Origin: Planctomycetota bacterium
GTDB lineage: Bacteria; Planctomycetota; UBA8108; SXIK01
Reading direction: 5' to 3'
Assembly (NCBI GenBank): GCA_965223265.1
Contig: OZ244999.1
Location: forward strand, 1,760,001 to 1,824,000
DNA length: 64,000 bases
The notes below the pieces were generated by a model. It was given only the letters and a program-made list of their open reading frames with translations. It did not search any database and was not told where the DNA came from. This document shows, piece after piece, positions 28,745 through 40,651 of this stretch. How positions within the stretch are numbered: position 1 is the stretch's first letter; every line of letters begins with the position of its first letter. A program made the translations under genes and the position numbers.

Positions 28745-30262
28745 TTACGCCAGGATTTCCTGAATCGGCGTGCCGAAGTCTTGCTCAAGGCGTTTGTGCT
28801 CCGGGATCTCCATACGTCGAGCGTCGAGGCCGAGTAGACGCATGAGTGTTGCATGTACGTCGGTGACGTAGTGCGCGTCTTCAACCGCATGAAAGCCGAT
28901 TTCATCGGTGGCGCCGTGGACGACTCCCCCCTTGATGCCGGCGCCCGCCATCCAAATGGAAAAGCCGTAAGGGTGATGGTCCCGTCCGTTGCCATGTTGC
29001 GAACCGGGTGTGCGACCGAATTCGGTAGCGAACACGACGATCGTTTCGTTGAAGAGACCACGCGCCTTAAGGTCTTTCAGCAGCCCAGCGATGGGCTGAT
29101 CGACCTGCGCCGCGAGCTTCGTGTGGTTCGCCTTGAGATTGGAGTGTGCGTCCCAGGCTCCGGCGGCGCCGGGACCGTGCATGATCTGGATGAAACGTAC
29201 GCCGCGCTCGACGCACCGCCGCGCCGCGAGCAGTTGCATGCCGAACGGCCGAGTGATGTCGCTATCGAGGCCGTAAAGGCTTCGTGTGGATGCCGGCTCG
29301 CTGTCGAAGTTGATCGCGGCGGGCACCGCAGTTTGCATTCGGAAGGCGAGCTCATACGCCTTGATGCGCGCCGCCAATTCTGCGTCGTTGGGATTTCGCA
29401 ATGCGGTCAGACGATTGAGGCGTCCGACCAAGGAAAACTCCGTTTCTTGCTCCTCGCGTGAGAGATCGAGCTCAGGTCTGGCGTAAGCTAAAGGATTCTC
29501 TGGGTCGACCTTCAAAGTAACAGCATCATACGCCGGACCTAGATAGTGACCGTCGCGAACGTCGAAATAACGCGGTCCCATGTTGATGAACTGCGGCAGG
29601 TTCTCATTCAGCGTGCCGAGGCCGTAATTGATCCAGGCGCCGATCGTCGGCACGCGCGGGTCGAGCATATGGCGGCCCGAGTGAAATTGAATCTGTGCGC
29701 CGTGGTTGTCGTCGGTCGTCCACATCGACCGTACGATCGCAATGTCGTCGACGCAGCTGCCAAGGTACGGAAAGAAGTCGCTCACCTCGATGCCGCTCTG
29801 ACCGTAGCGCCTGAATTCTGTTTGTAGCGGATAGAGTTTGTTCCGCTGCTGCCCGTTGGCGTCGTTGACGACGACGACACGCACTCGCTTGAGAAGCTCG
29901 GGGTTTTGGACAGATTGAAACGGGGTCTCCGAGATCTTCATGCCGGCGTATTTCGTCAGAGCTGGTTTCGGATCGAAGCTCTCCATGTGGCTGACTCCAC
30001 CACGCATGAAAAGCCAGATCACGCTCTTCGCCTTGGGCGCGAAGTGTGGCTCGCCTGTGGGGAGATGTGAGGCGGCCCCAGCGTTCTCGGTGCTGAATGC
30101 ATCGCGCTGCAGCATAGCGTTCAGCGCGACTCCCGCGAAGCCAAGGCTAAAACTCCCGAGAAAACCGCGACGCGAGCAGCCGCACGTCCTCCGCGTCACT
30201 TCCGGTGCGTCAGACTCTGGCGTTGTCGGCTGTTCGCGCTGCATGGATTGACCAAGCCTCAT
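28745..30262 (-). CDS. DUF1501 domain protein (sulfatase-like fold, Tat-like leader)
   Basis: [43 protein letters not shown] and GRDHHP. Confidence 0.93.
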   Translation of the reverse strand: MRLGQSMQREQPTTPESDAPEVTRRTCGCSRRGFLGSFSLGFAGVALNAMLQRDAFSTENAGAASHLPTGEPHFAPKAKSVIWLFMRGGVSHMESFDPKPALTKYAGMKISETPFQSVQNPELLKRVRVVVVNDANGQQRNKLYPLQTEFRRYGQSGIEVSDFFPYLGSCVDDIAIVRSMWTTDDNHGAQIQFHSGRHMLDPRVPTIGAWINYGLGTLNENLPQFINMGPRYFDVRDGHYLGPAYDAVTLKVDPENPLAYARPELDLSREEQETEFSLVGRLNRLTALRNPNDAELAARIKAYELAFRMQTAVPAAINFDSEPASTRSLYGLDSDITRPFGMQLLAARRCVERGVRFIQIMHGPGAAGAWDAHSNLKANHTKLAAQVDQPIAGLLKDLKARGLFNETIVVFATEFGRTPGSQHGNGRDHHPYGFSIWMAGAGIKGGVVHGATDEIGFHAVEDAHYVTDVHATLMRLLGLDARRMEIPEHKRLEQDFGTPIQEILA

Positions 30263-33021
30263 CGGAGTGTGATGAAATCGTTGTGGTTGATCAGGGCGTG
30301 CACGAGATTCTCCCGGGCTCTCTTCACCGGATGCGGATGCTGACGTTCTGTCAGCCGTGTTCGCATCGTCTCGAGAGTTTCCTGGCAGGCGCGCCTTTCC
30401 TCTGTCGTTGGTGTCACCGCGAGAATGAGCTCGTAGGCGTGCTCGATGAATCGATCATCACGCTCCGCTGCTTCGACATCAAGATCCCCGAGCTCTCCTT
30501 CGATTCTCTTTGCCGTCTCCCGAGCCATCGTCATTGCCAGTCGGCTGTTGACGAGCGCTAGGGCTTGCTGCGGTACGATGCTCTCGCTGCGTCGATAGCA
30601 GCGGAGAATGTCCGCGTCGTCGAACATGTTTAGGAATTCGTGCTGGTGGTCGCGCGATTGGGTGAAGTAGAGGCTGCGTCGTCGCTTCTTCTCGCTTTCC
30701 GGTCGTCCCGGGTCGATTGTCGGACCACCGAGCTCGGTCTCGAGAACGCCGGCCAGCAGCAGCAGACTGTCGCGAACGACCTGCGATTCCATGCGCAGCG
30801 GTCGGCGACGCCAATAGTAGGTGTTCGTCGGATCGCGATCGTGTGTGGTGGGGTCTGCCTTCAGCGTCGATGAGCTGAGCGCGTACGTCCTTGACGTCAC
30901 AATCAAGTGATGCAGGTGCTTCATGCTCCAGCCGCTACCGATGAATTCGACCGCCAACCAGTCGAGAAGCGGTTGTAGCGGGGGGCGTTGTGCTCGCCGT
31001 CCGAAATCAGTGACCGACTCAACGAGCGGTTCGCCGAAATGTCGCATCCAGATGTGGTTGACGGCGACCCTTGCTGTGAGCGGGTTTTCGGCGTCCACAA
31101 TCCAATGTGCTAACGCGGACCGGCGGCCGGTGCTCGTTTCCGGGTAGGGTTGATACCGTGATTCTTCGCTTTCGTCGGGTCCTTCCAGCGCTTTGCGGGA
31201 AGCGCGTAGCGACGTGTATCGGCTGTCGTCCGCGTCGGTCATCGCTTGGCGAGACTTCTGGAGGTTCTTCCGTGCCGTCTCGAGTTTCTTGCTCGCGCCG
31301 GCTTTTTCTTTCTGGGTCGCGCGTGCCAGTCGCCTTTCTGCATGCACGACGTCGGCTTCACTCTTTGCCAGATCGTAGGCTCGCGAGGCTTGCGCGGCAA
31401 CGGCGATCAATTGCTTCGCGTTTGTCGGCGTCGCTTGCGAGTGGCGGACCATGTCTGCGGCGTGAGCGGTTCGCAGGGCTTCGAAATGCAGTTCGGCGGC
31501 CGCCAACGTTGCCTTGGCGACGCGCACGTCCAACTCAAGAGAGTCTACGTCGGTTGCCTCGGTGGAGTTCGTCGACCTCGGGGTTGCTCTCTCGCTCTTG
31601 CCCTGCGAGGCATTAGCCTTTTTCGAGGGCGCAGCCGCGATCGAGACTTCGGCCCGCTTCAGCTCGTCGCGTGCGTTCGCGACTGCGCGCGTCGCTGCGT
31701 CGAGATGATTCGCGATCACATGCTGACGGAGCTCCGGACGATGGACGTCGAGGCTCAGAGAGATTGGCGCGATGTCGAGCGGGTTTGGCGTCAAAAATTC
31801 CGGTGTGCCTGGCTCGATCGCGCGACTCTTGTCCTGCTCCTTGGCATCACCGCGGACATGAAGATACGTTGGAGCTTGTGGGTGTGCATCGAAGACTCTT
31901 GGCAGTCCGTCCTTCTCGAGGTCGATCTCGCCGGGCAGTGGATCGAGTCGAACTTGGTGCGGCTCGAAGATTGCGCGCATGCGGTAATAATCGAGTTGCG
32001 TTACGGGGTCGTACTTGTGGTCGTGGCACTTGGCGCAGTTCATCGTCAGGCCGAGGAAAGCTTTCGAAGTGTGCTCGATGGTATCGTCGAGCCATGTCGT
32101 GCGGTTGAAGAGGTAGTAGTTGCGTGCCAAAAAGCCTGTGCCTGTCACCGCGTCGAGGTCAGCCGGTGCGATCTCATCGCCAGCGAGCATCTCGAGCACC
32201 ATGCGGTCGTATCCTTTGTCGGCGTTGAGTGAGTCGACGATCCAGTCACGCCAATGCCAGATGTGCTTCTGGCTGTTTCTTAGCTGCGCGCCGAGGCCGT
32301 ACCAATCCGTGTAACGCCAAACGTCCATCCAATGGCGTCCCCAGCGCTCGCCGTATTGAGGGTTGGCCAGGAGTTCCGCGACGACGCGCTCGACAGCTTC
32401 GGCGCTGTCGTCGTTGAGGAAGGCGTGGATCTCTTGTCGCGACGGGGGCAGGCCGATGAGGTCGACGTAGAGGCGTCGTAGGAGCAGTGGCTTGGAAACC
32501 AACGAGACGGGGCGTAGTCGCCGCTCTTCATGCTCGCGGGCGATAAACGCGTCGATCGGGTGATCGCGCCACTCCGGCGTGTTCACATCAGGCACTGGCG
32601 GTCGCATCGGGCGAAGAAACGCCCAGTGTTTGTTCGGATCCTCTTCCGGACGGTCGTCGGCAGGAGCGGGGGCGCCAGCAACGACCCAAGCCCTCAGTCT
32701 CGCGACCTCTTTCGGTTCGAGTGCACGCCCTTCCGGGGGCATGCGGTAGCTCGCGTCACTGCTTGAGATGCGGTCGATCAGCAGACTCGATGCGGCGTTC
32801 CCGGGGACGATCACAGCGCCGCTGCCTCCGCCTTTGCGGATCAGGCTTGCTGCGTCGAGACGAAGCCCCGCCTCACTCTTCAGGGCGCCGTGACAGGCGT
32901 AGCAACGTTCGCGCAGAATCGGTTGAACGTCGCGCTTGTAGTCGACCTCAGCACCGCTCAGTACGCCGCCGGCGGCAGCCAAAAGAAGACTCGAAACGAA
33001 GAACGCACTTGGTGATGGCAT
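30259..33021 (-). CDS. PSD1/PSCyt (DUF1549-DUF1553) planctomycete cytochrome c protein
   Basis: CYACH and [11 protein letters not shown]; [28 protein letters not shown] and VPQQAL. Start could extend to 33138. Confidence 0.93.
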   Translation of the reverse strand: MPSPSAFFVSSLLLAAAGGVLSGAEVDYKRDVQPILRERCYACHGALKSEAGLRLDAASLIRKGGGSGAVIVPGNAASSLLIDRISSSDASYRMPPEGRALEPKEVARLRAWVVAGAPAPADDRPEEDPNKHWAFLRPMRPPVPDVNTPEWRDHPIDAFIAREHEERRLRPVSLVSKPLLLRRLYVDLIGLPPSRQEIHAFLNDDSAEAVERVVAELLANPQYGERWGRHWMDVWRYTDWYGLGAQLRNSQKHIWHWRDWIVDSLNADKGYDRMVLEMLAGDEIAPADLDAVTGTGFLARNYYLFNRTTWLDDTIEHTSKAFLGLTMNCAKCHDHKYDPVTQLDYYRMRAIFEPHQVRLDPLPGEIDLEKDGLPRVFDAHPQAPTYLHVRGDAKEQDKSRAIEPGTPEFLTPNPLDIAPISLSLDVHRPELRQHVIANHLDAATRAVANARDELKRAEVSIAAAPSKKANASQGKSERATPRSTNSTEATDVDSLELDVRVAKATLAAAELHFEALRTAHAADMVRHSQATPTNAKQLIAVAAQASRAYDLAKSEADVVHAERRLARATQKEKAGASKKLETARKNLQKSRQAMTDADDSRYTSLRASRKALEGPDESEESRYQPYPETSTGRRSALAHWIVDAENPLTARVAVNHIWMRHFGEPLVESVTDFGRRAQRPPLQPLLDWLAVEFIGSGWSMKHLHHLIVTSRTYALSSSTLKADPTTHDRDPTNTYYWRRRPLRMESQVVRDSLLLLAGVLETELGGPTIDPGRPESEKKRRRSLYFTQSRDHQHEFLNMFDDADILRCYRRSESIVPQQALALVNSRLAMTMARETAKRIEGELGDLDVEAAERDDRFIEHAYELILAVTPTTEERRACQETLETMRTRLTERQHPHPVKRARENLVHALINHNDFITLR

Positions 33022-33266
33022 GACTATGACAGTCGCTCCCCGCACGACAATAGCGCGCCGGCGGACCACGCCTGGCGGAACGATTTCTGTGACGCAGTGT
33101 ACCTCACGCGTTCTCTGGCTCGCTACTCGTTTTCGCACAACCGGCGTTGAGCGTACTCGTAAATGCTAGACGGTCAGGTGATCACTGAGCCGTTTCTCCT
33201 GCTCGGTGAGTCGTCGGCCTTGCGATTTGTTTTCCTGCCGAAAGCCGCGCCGGTTTTCAGACTTAG

Positions 33267-33425
33267 CAGCCCGTTGAAAAAGTCATTCGGCCGAGAAACC
33301 GGCCTCTTCACGCCCAGCTCGACCGCGTCAATACTCGAAAATCTCGGAGATTACCTGCGTTTGCCGCGGCCGATCTGGACGCGAAGAGACCAGTTTTCGG
33401 CTCGAAGCACTTTTTCAACAGGCTG
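33267..33425 (+). mobile_element. MITE family A, 159 bp
   Basis: Terminal inverted repeats CAGCCCGTTGAAAAA and TTTTTCAACAGGCTG; TTAG duplicated at 33263-33266 and 33426-33429. Confidence 0.92.
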
Positions 33426-33434
33426 TTAGAGCAT

Positions 33435-33669
33435 TCTTCAAAGAAAGTCCCTAGCACTTTCCAAAAAACTTACCTCTAGAAGGTAGGGACACAGGGGTTG
33501 AGTGTTCGCGCGTTGAGTCTATCCGGTGATCCTTGCTGTCGTTCGGAAGTGAAGAGATGTTTCCGTTCCGAAATCCGTACCGCTTTTCAGAGACTGAGAA
33601 ATCTTCAAAGAAAGTCCCTAGCACTTTCCAAAAAACTTACCTCTAGAAGGTAGAGACACAGGGTTTGAG
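33435..33669 (+). repeat. two 68-bp AT-rich direct repeats (33435-33502 and 33602-33669)
   Basis: TCTTCAAAGAAAGTCCCTAGCACTTTCCAAAAAACTTACCTCTAGAAGGTAG(G/A)GACACAGGG(G/T)TTGAG; two mismatches; 167-bp period. Confidence 0.9.
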
Positions 33670-33674
33670 AGTAC

Positions 33675-33819
33675 GTGCTTCGAACCGAAAACTGTTCTCT
33701 TCGTGTCCGGATCGGCTGCGGCAAACGCCAGCAATCTCTGAGTTTCTTGAGTATTGACGCGGTCGAGCTGGGCGTGAAAAGGGCCAGATTCTCGGCCGAA
33801 TGACTTTTCCAATGGGTTG
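33675..33819 (-). mobile_element. degenerate inverted copy of MITE family A
   Basis: The reverse complement matches the body of 33267-33425 with many substitutions. One terminal repeat is decayed and the other is missing. Confidence 0.8.
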
Positions 33820-33892
33820 GTAAGGCAAAGCTTTCGCGACAGCCGTCGTCAGAGCTTCTAACGAAACCTTGTCCGAGGTGCGGGAGGATGTC

Positions 33893-35371
33893 ATGCACAC
33901 TTTTCGGATTTTTCTTGCCTTGACCGGATTGATGGGCGTTGGGGTTGTTTTGTTCGTTTCAGTTCGCTCACCGGTGGCCTCGCTGGAGTTTCAGCAAATC
34001 ACGAAGGATCAGTACGAGGAAGAGCTGAAGTCTGCTCCGTACGCCGGCCGCATCGCCCGCGCCCGCGAAGTGCTGCTCGGAACGAGCGACGCGGAGGTGG
34101 CCGTCAAGGCGCTGCGGGAGCTGCGCGACGTCTCAAAGGAGCTTGGCCGTGAAGCCGAGGCGCTCGAGGCGGTCGACGCGTTTCTCGCCAAGGCGCCCGA
34201 AGGGAGCGCGCTTTACCAAGACGCCTACTACGTCAGAGCGCGGCTACTTTTTAGAAGCGGCGAGACCGAAGCTGCTCGGACGCTCTTTTCGCAGGGGAGC
34301 GCGAGCGGCTGGACACCCTACGACCGCGAAGATCCTTTCGAAGCTCTCAAAGACACGCTCTACCAAAACGATGTCGCAAGCTATGCGGTCGAGAACTGCA
34401 ACCGCGCCCTCGTCGACGAAGCGTGGTATCAGCGTGAAGGGGACTATCTGAAGATCCTCGGCATCAATCTCCTCTGGAGGGCACGCAAAAGCGGCGAGAC
34501 CTTCGCCGAGCGCGACGTCTTACCGCGGCTCGGAGACCGCACCGATGCGCCGCACCATCGCCAGGCAGCGACGGTCGTCTGCCTGATCGCGGACGGGCGC
34601 TACGCCGAGGCGCGAGACGAGATCGGCGTGCTCGAGCGTCAGCTTGCGGAGGTGCAGCCCGGGGCTGCCGGGGATGCGCAGGGATACTTCCGCGCGAACG
34701 AGAAACGCAACGTGCCGCTCTACATGGCAGCGGTGCTGCTACTAGAAGGACGCGACCTCTCCGGCGCGCGCGCCGCGATGGGCGACTTCTACGCGCTCAA
34801 CACCGACCGCGCCGAATACGTGCGCGAGCGGCTCATGCGTCTTGTCTTCACGCTCGAAGGAGGAGGCGCATCTCCGTACCGGCGCGCTTCGACGGTGACG
34901 TCGTTTCTCATCGACAGTGGATTCACTTCGGACCCGGCGATCCTCTCTCAGTTTGAGCCTAGCTCACACCTCTGGATCCTCGACCACCAACTGATCTCGC
35001 TCTTTAATCAGCGGCGCTGGGACGAGGCCGTAGCGGTCGCCGAGGAAATGGCAGCGCAGTACGACCCAGAGGACATGGCCGCCAACAACGGTCTCTACAC
35101 GCTGGGGCTGATCCACCTGCGCGAGGGGCGCTTCAGCGAGGCCGAGACGGCGTTTCAGCGTCAGATCGCAGCCGACACGCCGGCGCGGTGGGAGCGCGCG
35201 GCCAAGGCCAAGCTCGCCGAGACATGGATCGCACTCGAGAGACCAGCCTCCGAGGTGCTCAACCTGACAGTCCGCCTTCTGGATCAGGCCTCGCCGGAGG
35301 AGGCCGGCTTCCACGGCTACGGCTTGAGTGTCCACCGCGCCGGACGCTATGCGGTTCGCCAGCGCGGCTAG
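33893..35371 (+). CDS. membrane-anchored TPR-repeat protein
   Basis: GGAGGA RBS, N-terminal TM helix and TPR-like helices (AYYVRARLLFRSGETEAARTLF, LYTLGLIHLREGRFSEAETAF). Confidence 0.8.
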   Translation: MHTFRIFLALTGLMGVGVVLFVSVRSPVASLEFQQITKDQYEEELKSAPYAGRIARAREVLLGTSDAEVAVKALRELRDVSKELGREAEALEAVDAFLAKAPEGSALYQDAYYVRARLLFRSGETEAARTLFSQGSASGWTPYDREDPFEALKDTLYQNDVASYAVENCNRALVDEAWYQREGDYLKILGINLLWRARKSGETFAERDVLPRLGDRTDAPHHRQAATVVCLIADGRYAEARDEIGVLERQLAEVQPGAAGDAQGYFRANEKRNVPLYMAAVLLLEGRDLSGARAAMGDFYALNTDRAEYVRERLMRLVFTLEGGGASPYRRASTVTSFLIDSGFTSDPAILSQFEPSSHLWILDHQLISLFNQRRWDEAVAVAEEMAAQYDPEDMAANNGLYTLGLIHLREGRFSEAETAFQRQIAADTPARWERAAKAKLAETWIALERPASEVLNLTVRLLDQASPEEAGFHGYGLSVHRAGRYAVRQRG

Positions 35372-35530
35372 CAGCCCGTTGAAAAAGTCATTCGGCTGAG
35401 AAACCGGCCTCTTCACGCCCAGATCAGCCGCGGCGAGCCTCGAAAATCTCGGAGATTACCTGCGTTCGCCGCGGCTGATCTGGACGCGAAGCGACCAGTT
35501 TTCAGCTCGAAGCACTTTTTCAACAGGCTG
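35372..35530 (+). mobile_element. MITE family A, 159 bp
   Basis: Same terminal repeats; CTAG duplicated at 35368-35371 and 35531-35534. The left copy contains the TAG stop of the TPR gene. Confidence 0.92.
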
Positions 35531-36297
35531 CTAGGTAACGCTTTGATCAACAAGGCTGGTTGCTTCGATACGACCAGATTCCATGAACAACGAGGTGTAT
35601 CGTGTCAAATCCAAACATGACCGTCGAGTGATCCTTTTCGGCGATCGCTTTGATCAGACTCTCATCGATTGTGCTTCTGGCAGGCTCGCAGTTGCTCTTT
35701 GCGAACACGCCGACGAACTTCGAATTCGCCGTTACGGAGGCCTGTAATCCGTGTGATACGGGCGATGGTGCGAACGTGGGCGCCTGCAGCGTCGGCGCAG
35801 GAGGAACGGGAACGACTTCGGCACCGGTATTTCTCTTTCGCGGCTCGGCGATTGAACTGGTTACAGATCTTGAGCTGTCCGGGATCACGTTCGCATGGAG
35901 TCACACCCGGACGTATGACAGTGGGCTCACTTCACTTACTTCGGTTCCCTTGCCATCGATCAGCGGCGAGCGATGGATTGGTGGACTCTCCGAGCTTCAC
36001 ATAGAGGAGGAAGCCAGCGGAGACATTACGTTGATAGTAAATGCCTCGACAAAGCGAACGTTCGACGAAAGTGGCGGGAGCTACACTGCACCGGCCGACT
36101 ACACGGCCACCCTAATCGAGGAAAATGCAGGAACGTCCACCGAGGAGTACATTCTCACTCATGTCGACACTGGAGAGGTCTACGTATTTTACGGATTCGC
36201 CGCAAGTATCGATGCGGACCTCCACGGAAAGCTCAAGCGTCGATCGAGTCGTCACTTCGAGGAGACGTCGAAGAACGGCAACGAATACGTCTATCAC

Positions 36298-38058
36298 CCC
36301 GGGTTATTCACGAGGACGTCTGTATGTGACCAATGAGCGCACGGCGACGCCGCGTAGCTCCGTGTCGTCGATGATCGCACTGATCCCCATGCGGTGACAG
36401 CAGACGGCCCCCTTTCCCCCAGCGGTTCGGGAGTGCAGATGGGCAGCGGGTTGTCGTAGTGCTCATTCCTTGAGGACCGTGGAAAGGTGTGCGTGGGACG
36501 GAGGCGGAATCCAGCTGCGGGAGGTCGGAGGATCGGGGACGCCTTGGTTTGACCGCCACCTTAGCATTCTTTGGAACAGCCGATTCCACAGCGGCAGTGC
36601 GGCGAGCGCCACGTCGACAAACAGACGCCGGCCACCTTTGGCGACCCGTACAGCCGTCTTTAGCAGCGTGCGTTGAAGTCGAGCGACATCCCAACCGTTG
36701 CCCGCCCTGGAGGCGGCTTCGAGCTCGCCTCGGAGAATCGACAGAAGGTTGTAGGCTAGAAGCGCGAGCAGAAGGTTGACCTCGTTCTCGACGAACTTGG
36801 GCGAGGAGAGGTGGGGAGTGATCGACTGCGAGAGCTCGCCGAGCCGGTCCTCGAAGGTGCCGCGACGGCGGTAGTGAGCGAGCAGATCGCGACTTCCGGG
36901 TCTTTCGGAGATCGACCAGTTCGTCACGAGGAAGAAGTGCCTCGGGAAGAACTCCAGCTGGCCTGTCTTCGGGTCGGGCTTGTCCACGACGACGAGGATG
37001 ACTCGTTGCGAGTGCTGCCACGTCTCAGCCCGGTACTGACCCAGCTCGATCACTTTCTCGTACCCCTCGCTCGGTGGTCGGCCGACCGGGCGTCTGAGAA
37101 ACGGCTTCGCAAGTTCCTCGAGCACCTCGTTCTTCTTCAGTCGCCCGATGAATCGAGTACCGTCGTCACTCAGTGCGTCGAGGACTTTTCCGACGGTGTA
37201 CCCTGCGTCGAGGCGGACGTCGACCGATCGCGAGAAACGTGCGGTACGTTTTACCGCTTCGCGGATAAACCGCACGGCGCCGTTTGCGGTGTGGACGTTT
37301 CCTGCTCGCAGCACCGCGTGAACGAATCCGTCGCCAAGCCGACGGCTGTCGTAGTCGCCGCCCGGAGCGAACCCGGCCACGATTGGGTGGTAGACCTTCT
37401 TCTGGTAGTAACCGTGGTACGCGCCGCCCTCTTGGTCTCCGTGGACCTCGATCGGGAAACTGTCGATGTCGAGGGTCGCGCGCTGGACTGATCGATCCTG
37501 GCCGCTTGCACGAAGATGGCGCTCAACCCAGTCTGCCAGAGCGGCCCTGACCGCCTCGACGTTCGACTTGAAGACCGTAAGGTTGTCGGTCAGCCGCGAC
37601 TGAGTCGGCTGGCTCGCCATCCGCTCCTCGAGAACAGCCTCTCCTGCACGGTTCCAGGTGGCGATTCTCATCGCCGGGTCGTGCGCCAGCAGATCCACGT
37701 CGTCGTCCGCGCTGTAGCCAAGAGCGAGGGAAAAGATTCGCTCTCGGAGTAGCTCGTCGAGGTGGTACCGGATTCGATCCTGCCTGCGCCGGTCCCTGAG
37801 CTGCGAGGCGACGCTATCGATCAAACCGAGCCGCGCGTCCGTCTCTCGCAGCAGGAGAACGCCACCGTTGGAACTCAGCCGTTGATCCCTTGCCCTCACC
37901 TTCACGCTGCGGTTGAATGTGGACTCGAAGAAGACGTGTCTCTCTTCACTCAATGCGTGATTCCTCCGTTTCAGGTTCTTTTCTCAGGTCGCACTGGAAT
38001 AGATGCCTGAAACGGACTTTTTTCGCGCCTCTTCTTCGGTCTTGGTGAATAAACCGGG
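36298..38058 (-). mobile_element. IS1380-family insertion sequence (1761 bp)
   Basis: Terminal repeats CCCGGGTTATTCAC and GTGAATAAACCGGG; 5-bp ATCAC duplication at 36293-36297 and 38059-38063. Confidence 0.93.
36463..37953 (-). CDS. IS1380-family DDE transposase
   Basis: LSSNGGVLLL, ASQPTQSR, TLDIDS, YHGYY...YHP, VRLDAGY and YRRRGTFE; TTG start with GGAGG RBS. Confidence 0.93.
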   Translation of the reverse strand: MSEERHVFFESTFNRSVKVRARDQRLSSNGGVLLLRETDARLGLIDSVASQLRDRRRQDRIRYHLDELLRERIFSLALGYSADDDVDLLAHDPAMRIATWNRAGEAVLEERMASQPTQSRLTDNLTVFKSNVEAVRAALADWVERHLRASGQDRSVQRATLDIDSFPIEVHGDQEGGAYHGYYQKKVYHPIVAGFAPGGDYDSRRLGDGFVHAVLRAGNVHTANGAVRFIREAVKRTARFSRSVDVRLDAGYTVGKVLDALSDDGTRFIGRLKKNEVLEELAKPFLRRPVGRPPSEGYEKVIELGQYRAETWQHSQRVILVVVDKPDPKTGQLEFFPRHFFLVTNWSISERPGSRDLLAHYRRRGTFEDRLGELSQSITPHLSSPKFVENEVNLLLALLAYNLLSILRGELEAASRAGNGWDVARLQRTLLKTAVRVAKGGRRLFVDVALAALPLWNRLFQRMLRWRSNQGVPDPPTSRSWIPPPSHAHLSTVLKE

Positions 38059-40300
38059 ATCACACATCTGGTGTTGATGCGGGAAGAGTTGACAAGATCA
38101 ATATTAAGGATGGATCCACGACTCTCTACACTGTCGACTACACCTATTCAAGCAACAAGATCTCACAAATCGTCGTAAAAGAGGGATCCACCGAGCTGAA
38201 GAAAGTTGAGTATACCTACTTTAGTAGTGGTGCCGGGCATCATGCCGACGTGGGAACCGATGGTGACCTTGTCCAGGTAAAGAGTTCTGAGAAGGCTTCC
38301 GACGGCTCGAGCTGGATCACTCATACATCTCAATACCGCTACTACTCCGACGGAGATTCGGGCGGTGGGGATCACCAGCTGAAAGCAGTTTTCGAAGCTG
38401 ATGCTGTCGAGCGCATGATCGCAGACAACGTGAACATCTCGTCTGCGAGCACGGTGCTCACGAAGGCGGATTCCTATGCTACGGGGGGTTCCGCAGCCGT
38501 AGAGGACTTCTCCTCGCGCAGTTTTACGTATTACACGAGTTCTCTCAATACGAGCGCGACGATCACGACCCCTTGGGGCTCTGAGAATCTGAACACGAAG
38601 TATGGCGGGAGCAACATCCTGGAGACTGATTGGGTTAAGACTGAGACTGTGCACGCCTCGTGCTCTAGCTGTGGTGGTGATACTCCTGGTGGGGGACTGA
38701 AGCGCACCTACTTCTATATGTACTTACCGCAACCGTCGTCTGTATCGGAGGTGACTAGAATCGTCGTCGAAGATACAGAGGAGTCTGGCGGTGAGGAAGC
38801 GTACCGGCGCATTTTCGGCTTGAACAAGCACGGAAAGGTGTTGAGAAGGACGCTGATTGAAAATCCAACCGCGGCGACGCTCGTCGCATGGTGTGACTCT
38901 GTCAAATTGACCACAGCTAGCCGAGTTAGCGAGTTGCGAAAGCCGTCTGCTCATGACGTAACTGATAACGCGGACATGAAGAAGTTCCTCGATCCAGAGG
39001 GCGGGTCGCCGGCTGGGCAAAATGACACCGACACATTGAATGCAAGCGAAGGCGCTATTTTCGTTTTCGAACATAACGGTGACGATCGTCGAACTGGCAC
39101 GCGGCTAAAAAACGGACGGTCCGGTACGTCCTACTACATCAGCGCTACGGACTGGGGCGACGGCATCGCGACTGACGAGCCGGAGCATCTTCCGGTTGCG
39201 AGATACAGGTACCCCACCAAGACGACGGTGCGCGGCTCGGGAGTTGTGACTGACATTGACTACGATTTTTGGGACACAGCCGACACCCAAATCAAGGTGG
39301 CGACTACAACACTGCCAGCGATCCCCGGAAGCCAGAATGGATCGAACGTCCGAACTGAGACGAAGAAGTATTTCGATGATCTTGGACGTCTGCGATGGGT
39401 GAAAGACGGCGAAGGGAATATCACTTATCACTCGTATCATCCGGAGCTGGGTGGCTTGGCGTATACGATGGTCGACGTCGAGACTGATAGCCTCCCGAGT
39501 GACATCACATCTGGCGTCAGCGGTAAGTATGTCAAGTGGGTGAACGACTCCGGTGGTAGTACCGCGCCGAGTGAATTCTCCAATACCGATAACGATAATT
39601 TGGAAATTGTCACGAAGACGGAATACGACGATCTTGGACGTTCTGAAATCCAGATCGATGCGAACGGATTTGAGCACCACACCGTCTACGAAGACGGGCG
39701 AACGATCGAGTATCCGTTCTGGAACGGATCGAGTGGGCAGCCTGAGCGTTCCATTGAAGTCGTAGAGACTGACGGCGCAGGAAATGTAGTCGATCAGTTT
39801 ACGATGACTCCATCTCAGGCAACATCGACCGGTTCTTCTCCTAATAAGGTTCCGAGTGGCATCAGCGATGCGGACAACCAGAACGACTACCTCAGTTGGA
39901 CGCATTTCGGATACGGTGTAGTCACCGGCGAGCTCATCGAGGAAGATCGCTATTTTGACATTCCCTCATCCATTAATCGAGACTTTGGTACGCTCTCAAC
40001 ACACTTCCATCGAACAGCCTTCAAATACGATGGTTTGGGTCGTGAAAAATTTATAATTGACGTCGTCAGCGGCACGCTGACGAGCAACGGCGTCGAGCAG
40101 ATCACTCAAAAAGTCTACGATGTGCGTGATCGCCGCACGAGCATCAAACGCGGTATTAGCGGCTCGAGTCACAACATGGGATCGAACTATGCGATTCCCA
40201 CGACCGGCATCGATACCGTAGAAGAGAGGTAAGCGTCCGGTGAACTCCATCTGGCGTCGCGCGCCGTTGTGTGGAGACTTCGTGGTCGAGGAGGTGAACC

Positions 40301-40651
40301 ATGAAGAGCTCGAGATCGAGGCGTCGTCTGCAGCACGAAATCGACGAGATTGTCGCAGCGTACCACCGAAGCGGTCTTTCGCAGTCGGCGTACTGTGAGT
40401 GCGAAGGACTATCGCTGTCAACTCTGAGCAACTGGCTCTCGAAGGCGCGCAAGGGTCGGACGAGGCAGCCGGCGAAGCATAGCTCCGGGGAGTCACAGTT
40501 TGTCCCCGTGAAGCTCGTGGACGATTGTCGCTCTCAAAGCTGCGGCACCCTGGAGGTAGAGTCGGCGCGCGGCTACTTGCTCCGTGTTCCAGCGGGAATT
40601 GAGCCCGAGCTGCTAGCGCGTTATGTGCACGCGCTGGAGGAGAGATGCTGA
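40301..40651 (+). CDS. tnpA: IS66 accessory HTH protein
   Basis: SGLSQSAYCECEGLSLSTLSNW and FVPV motifs. Confidence 0.88.
   Translation: MKSSRSRRRLQHEIDEIVAAYHRSGLSQSAYCECEGLSLSTLSNWLSKARKGRTRQPAKHSSGESQFVPVKLVDDCRSQSCGTLEVESARGYLLRVPAGIEPELLARYVHALEERC

Noticed and set aside
33163-33429. small ORFs sharing SSPLKKSFGRETGLFTP (also 47267-47506, 20413-20901, 33605-33900)
   Set aside because: They are read-throughs of the non-coding MITE, not a protein family.
33435-33669. CRISPR array
   Set aside because: Only two 68-bp repeats with a 99-bp gap, and no cas genes in the window.
35629-35631. selenocysteine or recoded TGA upstream of the RHS gene
   Set aside because: It lies in a leader region with no redox motif and no recognisable SECIS; other genes in the window use TGA as a stop.
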